Shown here: piece by piece, positions 54,080 through 64,000 of the stretch
Position numbering within the stretch: the stretch's first letter is position 1
Layout: every line of letters begins with the position of its first letter
From: the human T2T-CHM13v2.0 reference genome, Homo sapiens
Direction: 5' to 3' (one strand)
Assembly: GCF_009914755.1 (NCBI RefSeq)
Contig: NC_060935.1
Length of the DNA: 64,000 nucleotides
The notes under the pieces: model-generated
Database searches by the model: none
The model's input: only the letters and a program-made list of their open reading frames with translations
What the model was told of the DNA's origin: nothing
Program-made: the position numbers and the translations under genes

Positions 54080-55550
54080 AAAAGATGAGGGCAGCCAGCA
54101 GGACCTGAACTTGGAGATCTCACTAGACACATCTATTGGCGATTTCTTCTTCCTGACACCCACTACAATGACAGTAAAGGGGAAAATAAAAGGAATCATC
54201 ACATAACATCAAAGAGCACAGGTGAGGGAGGATCAGCAGACAAGGACTTTCAAGAAAATCCTAGAAGTATGGAGAAAGATGAACAAGACACAAGGAAGCC
54301 ACTCCTCAGGAGAGTGCTCTAGCACAAGTGTGAACTTGTCAGACAGAATTCGGAGTGGCTTGGAATTGAAGGCAGAGGTATGGAGGGCAGAAATGAGCAG
54401 TGGGGCCAACAACAGAGGATGAAATGGCAACTGCACCCACAAGTCAGTTCTTCCTCCAGCCCTTCCTGCACATCTCTTTGCACACAAAACACAGACAGCC
54501 CACTATTAACCCAGGCAAATAGAACAAATGGTTTCTTTTAAAAATAAATAAATAAATAAATAAGCTGCCAAGGAATTTGCCCCAGTTTAGCATTTGAGAA
54601 TGCCCGACCCTAAAGTTTATTTCCATGTCTGTGTTAAGAAATGTGCCACCTGCCCATAAATGAGCTTAATCACATAAGCACCTAGATGCTTTAGCATTTA
54701 TGGGAGAAACTCAGTAGGAAGAAGGATCTACATTTACAACATCACAGAAAGCCCACCCTAGCTATGATGAAATCCTATTCCAGTGCCTCACAAATATATA
54801 TGACAATCACAAAATAAAACTAGTAAATTTTTTAGAAGGCTAAGATAAACAAAGAAAACTGGTCTCAGAAGAAACAGGGAACAGGAGAAAGTATTTTTTA
54901 AGCACCTCTAATTGGTATTCTTAGAGATTTAAGATGATACTATACCAATAAGATAAATAAATAGATACTATGTAGAAGTAATTGTCAGGGAAAAATAACA
55001 AGCCCATGGAATTAAAAATAATATTGTTGTATTAAAATAAAATTAATAGGCTACCCAGTAAAGCAGAGGAAATCTCTCAGAACTGGAGCAAGAAGACCAT
55101 GATGGAAAGTATGTGTGAGGAAGCACTGCTCGTATCAGATAGGAACTATTGTATCACATACAACAAAACTTATGCAGAGACACACACACACACAGACACA
55201 CATGAAGATGTAGTCAACCCAAAAAGTCCAACGCTGACCCATAAAACCTGCAGAATTAGAGAATGGAGAAAGTAGAGAAGAAATTACTTAGGAAATAGAA
55301 GAAAATGTTACCAACAAATTATAGGCTGAATACCAAACAGGATTAATGAAAAATGATTCATATACAGATACATCACTGTGAAATTTCCAAACACTAAGAA
55401 TAAAGCAACATCGTGAACACTTCTAAACAAAAATAAATATATTTCCATGCTCATATGTATAGGTCCTATATAAAGGATTAGTCATCAGGACTGACAACAG
55501 TTGTCTTATTTTTGAATCATGGATGAAAAAAGCAAAATGTGGCAAAACTA
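54080..55550 (+). mobile_element. Ancient L1/HAL1-like ORF1 relic, probably continuing at 62620-63540
   Basis: A-rich ORF1-like remnants (cagacacatcactgtgaaatttccaaacactaagaataaag). Confidence 0.45.
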
Positions 55551-56208
55551 TTTTAAAATGAAAATTTCCCCGTTTCATTGAGGTATAATTGACAAAGAAA
55601 AATTGTGCATATTTAAGATGCACAACATGATGTTTTGATATATGTATACATTATGAAATGATTGCCACAGTCATGTTAATTAACATATCCATCACCTCAC
55701 ATAATTACCTTCTTTTTTTCTGGATATGGGAAGAGCATTTAAGAGATCTTCTAGCAAATTTCAAGTATGCGATACACTATTATTAACTACAGTCACAGTG
55801 CTGTACATTAGGTTTACAGAACTTAGTCATCCTGCATAACCAAAATGTTGTATCATTTGACAAACATCTCCCTGCTTCCCTCCTCCTCCAGTCCCTGACA
55901 ATCACCATTCGACACTCTCTTTCTGTGAATTTAAATTTTTTTAGATTCTACATATAAGTGAGATCATGCAAAATTTTGTCTTCCTATGCCCGCTTTGTTT
56001 TACTTGGAATAATGCCCTCCAGGTCCATCCATGTTGTCACAGCCTTTATTATGGCTGAATAATATTCCATTGTATATTTTTATATAGAACACGTTCTTTA
56101 TCCATTCACCCATCAGTGGATGCTTATGTGGATTCCATATCTTGGCTATTGTGCACAGTGTTGCAGTGAACATGGCAGTGCATATATCTCTTCACAATAC
56201 TGATTTCA

Positions 56209-56421
56209 TTTTGTTTTTTTCTTGAGACAAGGCCTCTCTCTCTGTTGCCCAGGCTGGAGTGCAGTGGTGTAATCATGGCTTACTGCAGCCTTGTCCTCCG
56301 GGGCTCAAGTAATCCTCTCACCTTAGCCTCCTTGAATAGCAGGGGACCACAGGCATGCATTACCACACCAGGTTAATTTTGTATTTTATTTTATATTAAT
56401 TTATTTTATTTTATTTTCTAT

Positions 56422-56464
<43 letters not shown>

Positions 56465-56567
56465 TTGTAGAGATGGGATCTCTTCTTGTTGCCCTGGGCC
56501 CAAGTAATCCTTCTGTATCAGCCTCCCGAAGTGCTGGGATTACAGATGTGGGCTACCACACCCAGCC
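56209..56567 (-). mobile_element. AluJ-like with an expanded (TTTA)n linker, TSD ctgatttca
   Basis: gcagccttgtcctcc..gggctcaagtaatcc (J-type); TSD at 56200-56208 and 56568-56576. Confidence 0.92.
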
Positions 56568-59485
56568 CTGATTTCAATTTTTGAGGGGGCATATACCCAG
56601 AAGTAAGATTGCTGGATCATTTGATAGTTCTCTTTTTAATTTTTTGAGGAACTTCCATACTGTTTCCACAATGGCTATACCAATTCAAATTTCCACCAAC
56701 AGTGTACCAGGGTTCCCTTTTCTCCGCATCCTCTCCAACACTGATCTTTTGTCATGCTGACAACTGGCATTCTAATAGCTGTGAGATTATGTATGTTTGT
56801 GGTTTTGATTTGTATTTCCCTGATGATTAGTGATGTTGAGTTTTTTTAAATATACCTGTTGGTCAACTGTATGTCTTATTTTGAAAAATGTCCGTTCAGG
56901 TCCTTTGCCCATTTTTAATAAGGTTTTATTTTCTTGTCATTAAGTTGAGTTTGTATATATTTCGGATATTAATGCCTTCTCAGATATATGGTTTGCAAAT
57001 ATTTTCTCCCATTCTTTAGGCTGTCTCTTCACTCTGTTGATTATTTTATTTGCTGTATATGTCTTTTAGTTTGATGCAATTCCATTTGTTCATTTTTGTT
57101 TTTATTGCCTATGCTTTTGGGATCATATCCAAAAATCATTGCCCAGACCAATTTCAAGAATCTTTTTGATGGTTTTCTTCTTGTAGTTTTACAGTTTCAG
57201 GTCTTATGTTTAAGTCTTTAATCAATTTTTAGATGATTTTCATATATATATAGTTGGGTCCAAGTTCATTCTTCTGCATGTGAATATCCAATTTTTTCAA
57301 TAAATTTTAGAATTGTTCTTTATATTTCTCTGAAAAAAAATGCCATTGATATTTTGATAAAGATTGCATTGAAATTGTAAATCGCTTTGGGTATTGCAGA
57401 CATTTTAACAATATTAATTTTTCCAATTCAGGAACATGAGATATCTTTCCATTTATTCTTGTCATCTTTAATTTTTTTCATCAATCTCTTATAGTTTTCA
57501 GTGTACAAGTCTTTTACCTCCTGGTTAAATTTATTCCTAAGGTTTTTTTAATGCTATTGTAAATGGGACTGTTGTTTCAACTTCTTTTTGATAGGTTCTT
57601 ATTAGTGTATGAAAATGCAACTGATATTTGTATGTTGATTTTTTATCCAGTAACTTTACTGAATTTATTAGTTCTAGCAGTTTGTTGGTGGAGGCTTTGG
57701 CATTTTCTATATTTAAGATTATGTCATCTGCAAACGGAGACAATTTTACTTCTTCTTTTCCAATTTGAAACTCTTTTATTTCTTTTCTTGTCTAATTGTT
57801 CAGGCTAAGACTTTCAACACTTTGTTAGATAAAAGAGATAGATGGACATCTTTGTCTTGTTCCTCTTCTTAGAAGATAAGCTTTCATCTCTTTACTATAG
57901 AATATGATGTTAGCTGTGGACTTGTCATATATGGACTTTATAATATTGAGGCACATTCGTTCTATAAATAACTTGCTCAGAGGGTTTATCATAAAACAAT
58001 GTTGAATTTTGTCACCTTTTTTCTGAATCTGTTGATACGATCATATAACTTCTATCTTTCATTCTGTTAACGTAGTGCACCATAATTATTAATTTGCATA
58101 TGTTGAACCATCCTTGCATGTTAGGAATAAATCCCACTTAAGTTATGATGTGTGACTCTTTTAATGTGCTATAAATTCAGTTGGCTAATATTTTGTTAAG
58201 GATTTATGCATTTATATTTATCAGGAATATTGGCCTATCTTTTTCTTTTCTTGTAGTATCCTTGTCTGGCTTTGGTATCTGGGGAATACTGGTCTCATAA
58301 AACTAGTTTGGAATTATTCCCTTCTTTTAAATTCTTTAAGAAAAATTTGAGGATTGACATTAATTATTTAGACATTTAGTATAATTCACCAGTGAAGCCA
58401 TCAGATCTTGGGCTTTTCTTTTTTGGGAGTTATTTAATTTCTGATTCAATCCTTGTAATTGGCCTATTCAGATTTTCTATTTCTTCATGATTCATTCTTG
58501 ATAAATTGTTCTTGGTTATTCAGTTCATTGGTGTATAATTGTTCATAGTAGTCTCTTATGATCTTTTGTGTTTCTGTAAACTGTATTGTGTACTCTTTGA
58601 TTTATAAATTTTTTTATTTCAGTCTTCTCTTTTTTTTCTTAGTCTAGCTAAAGGTTAGTCACTCTTGTTTGTCCTTTTAAAAAACAACTCTGTTTTAAAT
58701 TGTTTATTGTTTTCAGTCTTTATTTATTTCTGTTCTAATCTTCATTAATTACTTTCTTCTGCTAATTTTGGGCTTTGTTTGATCTTTTTTTCTAGTACCT
58801 ATAGGCATAAAGCTAGGTGCTTATCTGAGATTTTTTTCCCTCTAATATAGGTGTTTGTTGCTATAATATCTCCACTTGAAGCTGTTTTTGCTGCATCCCT
58901 TAAGTTTTGGTATGTTGTGCTTTCATTTTTGTTTGTCTCAGATTTTTAAAAAATATCCTTTTGATTTCTTCTTTGACCCCTCGTGGTTCAGTAATGTGTT
59001 GTAAAATTTCCAAATATTTGTGAGTTTTCCAATATTCCTCCTATTATCAATCTCTAGTTTTGCACCATTGTGGTCAGAAGAGGAACTTGATAGAATTTTA
59101 AACTTCTTAAATTTGTTAAGACTTATTTTGTGGTTGAACATATAATCTGTCGTGGGGAATATTCCATGTGTGCTTGGAAACAGTGTGCGTTCTGCTGCTG
59201 ATGGATGAAATGTTCTGTATGTGTCTGTTAGGTCTATTTTGGCTTACAGCGTTGTTAAAGTGCATATTTCCTTATTGAAATTCTGTCTGGATGATCTATC
59301 TATCGTTGAAAATAATGTATTCAAGTCCCTTACTATTACTGTATTGTTATCTATTTTGCTCTTTCATTCTGCTAATGTTTGCTTTACATATTTAGGTTCC
59401 CCTGTATTGAGTGCCTATATATTTACAATTGTTGTATCTTCTTGATGAACTGAACTCTTTATTGTCATTATATAGTGACCATTTT

Positions 59486-59831
59486 TGTATTAGTCTGTTC
59501 TCACACTGCTAATAAAGACATACCCAAGACTGGGTAATGTATAAAGGAAAGAGGTTTAATGGACTCATAGTTCAGCATAGCTGGGGAAGCCTTACAATCA
59601 TGGTGGAAGACAAAGGAGAAGCAAAGGCACATCTTACATGTTGGCAGGCAAGAGAGCTAGTGCAGGAGAACTCTGGTTTATAAAACCATCAGATCTCATG
59701 AGACTTATTCACAGTATGGGGGAAATTGACCCCATGATTCAATTATCTCTGCCTGGCCCCACCCTTGACACATGGGACTTATTGCAATTCAAGGTGAGAT
59801 TTCAGTGTAGAGGCACAGCCAAACCATATCA
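59486..59831 (-). mobile_element. THE1 (B/C-like) MaLR solo LTR
   Basis: tgtattagtctgttctcacactgctaataaagacatacccaagactggg...gcacagccaaaccatatca. Confidence 0.92.
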
Positions 59832-60197
59832 ATGACCATTTTTGTCTCTTATGACAGGCTTTTACTTAAAGTCTATTTCTGTTGGTTAAAGTATAGCCAC
59901 ACCTGCTTCCTTTTGATTCCCATTTATACAAAATATCTTTGCCTATCCTTTCACTTTCAGCCTATGTTTGTCTTTAATCTAAAGTGAGGTCCTTGTTGAC
60001 AGCAAATAGTTGGACCAGTTTTTTGTGTTTATGCTCTCAGCCACTCTATGTCTTTTGATTGGAGAATTTAATCCATTTAAATTTAATGTACTTATTTATA
60101 ATGCATAATTTTCTGGTGTCATTTTGTTGTTTTCCAACTACTTTGTGGTTTCTTTTTTCCTTTCTTCCTCCCTTGCTGCCTTTCTTTGCAATTTGAT

Positions 60198-60200
<3 letters not shown>

Positions 60201-60236
<36 letters not shown>
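60201..60236. repeat. (TG)18 microsatellite
   Basis: Read directly. Confidence 0.95.
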
Positions 60237-60237
<1 letters not shown>

Positions 60238-61515
60238 TGGTGGTGGCCGTGTGCTTTCCTTTTTTTTTTATCTTTTGTGTATCTACTATAGGTGTTTTTG
60301 TGATTAGCATAGGGCTTACATCAAAACATCTTGTAGTTATAACCGTCTACTTTAAGCTGATAAATCTTAATTTCAACCACATACGAAATTCTACACTTTA
60401 ACTTCTTCCCTACATTTTGTGTTGATATCACAATTTACGTATTTTATAGTTTGTGTTCATCAGGAAATTATTATGGCTATAATTATTTTTAATAATCTTG
60501 TCTCTGAACTATTATACTAGAGTTAAAAGTTATTTACACACCACTCTTCTGTATTAGAGTATCCTGAATTTGAATATGTTCTTACCTTTAGAGTGACTTT
60601 TACATTGCACATATTTTCTTGCTGTAAGTTAGTGTTCTCTCATTCCAACTTGAAAAACTCCATTTGGCATTTATTGTAAGGCAGGTCTAGTGGTGATGAA
60701 CTCCCTCAGTTTTTTGTTTGTCTAGGAAAATCTCCTTCATTTCTGAAAGACAATTTTTCTGGTATAATATTCTTGTTTAACGCTTCTTTCCCCCAGCACT
60801 TTGACTATATCACCCCATTCTTTCCTGGCTGCAAATCTGCTTAGAAATCTGCTGATAGTTTTATGGGAGTTGGGGGAGGGTTTCCATTGTATGTAACCAG
60901 TCACTTTTCTCTTGCTGCATTTAACGTTCTTTCTTTGTCTTTGACTTTTGAGAATTTGATTATAATGTGTCAAAGTGAAGATCTTTTATGTTTAGTCTAT
61001 TTGGAGTTCTTTCATCTTCATGGATATGGATATTCATTTTCCTCTCCAGATTTGGGAAGTTTTTTGTCATTTTTCCCTTAAGCAAGTTTATTTCCCCTTT
61101 CTCTTTCTTTGCTCCTTCTGGAACACCTATAATGCTACATATTGGCTCACTCGATGGTGTCCCATAAGTCCCGTAGGCTTTTTCACTCTTTTTTTTTCTT
61201 TTTGTTCCTCTACTTCAAATGACATGACTTTGATCTTGCTGATTATTTCTTCTGCTTGATTGAGTCTACTGTCAATGCTTTATATGAAATTCTTCATTTC
61301 AGTCATTGTCTTCCACAGAAGCAGGATTTCTGTTTGGTTCTTTCTTTAATGGCTCTCATCTTTTTGTTAAACTTGTAATTTTGTTCATGTAGTGTTTTCC
61401 TAATTTTGTTTGGTTCTCTATCTGTTTTGTCTTCTAGATAACTGAGCTCTTTAAAGACAATTATTTTAAATTTTTTCAGGCAGTTCCTATATTTCCATTT
61501 CATTAGGCTAGGTTA

Positions 61516-61853
61516 CACTCCTGCATTGCTTGACAACAAAGATATGTCCTGAGAAGTGTGTTGTTAGGTGATTTTGTTGTGCAAACATTATAGAGTATAC
61601 TCACACAAGCCTAGGTAGTATAGCCTACTATACAACTAAGCTATATGGTATATAGTCTATTGCTCCTAGGCTATAGGCATGTTGTTATTTTGTATACTGT
61701 AGGCAATTGTAACACAAGGGTAAGTATTCATGTATCTAAATATATCTAAACATTAAAAAGGTACAGTAAAAATATGGTATTATAATCTTGTGGGACCACC
61801 TTTGCATATATGGGCCATGATTGACCAAAATGTTGCTGTCCAGTGTATGACTA
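61516..61853 (-). mobile_element. Tigger3a (MER7A)-like DNA transposon, TA flanks
   Basis: ctattgctcctaggcta...aggcaattgtaacacaa...tattataatcttgtgggaccacc...atgacta; TA on both sides. Confidence 0.85.
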
Positions 61854-63551
61854 TACTGGTACTTTATTTTGTGCCTTTGGTGGCACCATGCTTCCCTGAT
61901 ATTTGCAATCCTTGTTGCCTGTACAAGAAGTACACATCTCTTCCGGTCTGTATAGACTGTCTTTGCCAGGGAAGTCATTTCCCACTCAGTCTGTCCAGAG
62001 ATTCTGGTGGGCTGGTTGGTAGGGTCTACCAGTAGGCTTGCTGTTAGAGTTCTTGGGTGGAATGATCCGGTGCATATGTCAGTGAGCAAGCAGGCCTAGA
62101 GAGACTGATCTAAAGAGACTGACCTGGCACCTGGTCTGCAGAGAGCATACCTGGAGCCTGTGTCCACTGAGGGCAGGACTGGAACTTGGGTCCATGTGAG
62201 TAGGCCTGAAATCTGGGTCCACAGGGGTGGGCCTAAAGCCTGGGTCTTCAGGGGCTGTCCTGGTGTTAGGGCAGGCCTCAGCCTGAGTCCATGAATCTAG
62301 CCTGGTGCTGAGGCAGGCCTGGCATCTGGATTTGCAAGGATGGGCCTTGTTCTGATTCTATGAAGGTGACTTGGTACTGGGGTCCACGGAAGTAGACCTG
62401 GTGGCTGAGACCATGGTGGATGACTTGGAACCTGGATTTGCAGCAGTAGGCCTGGGACCTGAGTTTTTTGTTTGGTTGGTTTTTTTGCAGTCTACTTGGA
62501 AAGGCCTGTGTCCTGTGTCTGTTGGAGTTTGAAGCCACATGGACTAGTGTAGTCCTGGAGAAAACCTAGAGCCTGAGTCCACAGGAGCCAGTTTAGTGCT
62601 TGTGTCTACAGGAACCTAAAACTAAATTACTATATGCAATTAAAAGGGCCAAAAACAAAAAAGTATCAAATGGGCAAGCAAGGATTCAGAACATTTCTCT
62701 CTCTCATATTTTTTCTGAAGAAGTTACCTGAGAATGTACCAAAGAAAAATTAGGGTTAAAACAAAGAAGGTCTACCTACATTTAAATAAGAGTGAAAACA
62801 AAGAGGATGATATTGGATAAAAGAAATTATGGGATGAAACCAGTTTGTAAAGAAGTTTAAAGCCAGTAGCAGTAAGGCAGGTCTAGAAAGCAAGTAGTTT
62901 AGGTGAGAACTAGAAGCCAGTGGGCACTCCCAAAAAATGCCTTTGAGGGGAATAAATTAATTTCAGCATTGGAATGGAATAGGTAAATAAATGAAAGATA
63001 TTACAGTTATATGAAAATGTATACATTTAGTTTCTCAGCAAGAAAAAAGAAATTTGTTTAGAAACTCTAAAATAAACAAAAGTAAGGTCAAAATATGGAG
63101 CAAAGTGAAATGTAGAATAAGTTTGAGCAATGGATGAACAGTAGGAAAAACAATTCATATCATCTAGATGGTAAGACTGTTTTTAATTCAAGTATTCAAG
63201 AAACTGTCACCCTAAGCCATTGAGAAATAGTCATTCTACAGAAAATACCATTTACAAAGCTGTAATGTAAATGCTTTTTATTGGCTTTAAGCCTTTATAA
63301 TTGACTTAGAGACTAAATAATAAAGTAAAACATGGTTACAAAACAGAAGGTTAACATCAGTGGAAGTTAATGTTTAACCAATGGAGGTTGGGAGATGGAA
63401 GAGTGAAGTATGCAAACAAGGCTGGCTCAGTGCTGAGTTCCATTTTGTAAATGTTGAGTAAACAGATCTGGCTGAAAGTTAATCATACAGAACCAGCGAG
63501 TGTGTATTTATTTATTTTACTTGGTGCAGGTAGTACTTTGATTAAAAGGGG

Positions 63552-63748
63552 TGATATAGTTTGGATATGTGTCCCCACCCAAATATCTATTGAAATGTAA
63601 TCCCCAGTGTTGGAGGTGGGGCCTGCTGGCAGCTGATTGGATCATGGGAGTGGATTTCTCACGGATGTTTCAGCCCCATCCCCTTGGTGCTGTTCTTGTG
63701 ATGGTGAGTGAGTTCTCGGGAGTTCTGGTCGTTTAAAAGTGTGCGGCT
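63552..63748 (+). mobile_element. MSTA-like MaLR LTR, 5' part
   Basis: tgatatagtttggatatgtgtccccacccaaat...aatccccagtgttggaggtggggcctg. Confidence 0.88.
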
Positions 63749-64000
63749 GGCTGGGCACTGTGGTTCATGCCTGTCATCTGGGCACTTTGGGAGGCTGAGG
63801 CAGGCAGATCACTTGAGCTCAGGAGTTCAAGACCAGTCTGGGCAACATGGCAAAACCCCATGACTACAAAAAAAATAACAAATTCAGCTGGGTGTGGTGT
63901 CATGTGCCTGTAGTCCCAGCTACTAAGGTGGCTGAGGTGGAAGGATCTCTTGAGCCCAGGAGGCAGAGGGTGCAGTGAGCCCAGATTTGCCACTGCACAC
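63749..64000 (+). mobile_element. AluJ-like inserted in the MST LTR, cut by the window edge
   Basis: ggctgggcactgtggttcatgcctg...cttgagctcaggagttcaagaccag...aggatctcttgagcccagg. Confidence 0.92.

Larger units (their letters stand above)
55560..62612 (-). mobile_element. Long L1MA (L1MA8-10-like) relic, 3' UTR through ORF2 and ORF1 to the GC-rich 5' region, with nested AluJ, THE1 and Tigger3a
   Basis: 3' end ttgaggtataattgaca...catatccatcacctcaca; EN and RT remnants in ORF-track peptides at 58938-59141 and 57537-57743; ORF1 remnants at 60737-61503; 5' subrepeats ggcctg..cctgggtccac at 62100-62600. Confidence 0.88.

Noticed and set aside
57537-61503. L1 ORF1/ORF2-like peptides as functional genes
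   Set aside because: Short, frameshifted and stop-ridden fragments of a dead L1MA.

Overview
Human genomic DNA (a human-specific AluYb8 is present), 64 kb from inside the large IgLON cell-adhesion gene OPCML, which is transcribed on the - strand. The only certain coding sequence is one 233-nt internal OPCML exon (15530-15762, -) encoding most of Ig domain 1. Everything else is intron, densely filled with L1, Alu, MIR, L2, LTR and DNA-transposon relics and microsatellites. Nearly all ORFs in the supplied track are spurious. I found no multi-gene system. Best leads: (1) a candidate 60-nt in-frame cassette exon at 2848-2907 (-), open only in the phase OPCML needs, which would insert 20 aa between Ig1 and Ig2; (2) a 31 x 17-bp indel-free minisatellite about 2.25 kb downstream of the exon, with higher-order structure, G4 potential, EBF-like sites and long ORFs on both strands; (3) a ~285-bp inverted duplication (7423-8512), not a repeat I recognise, that would fold into a long hairpin in the pre-mRNA. 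Repeat subfamily calls come from my memory of consensus sequences, not from a search, and old-repeat boundaries are approximate.
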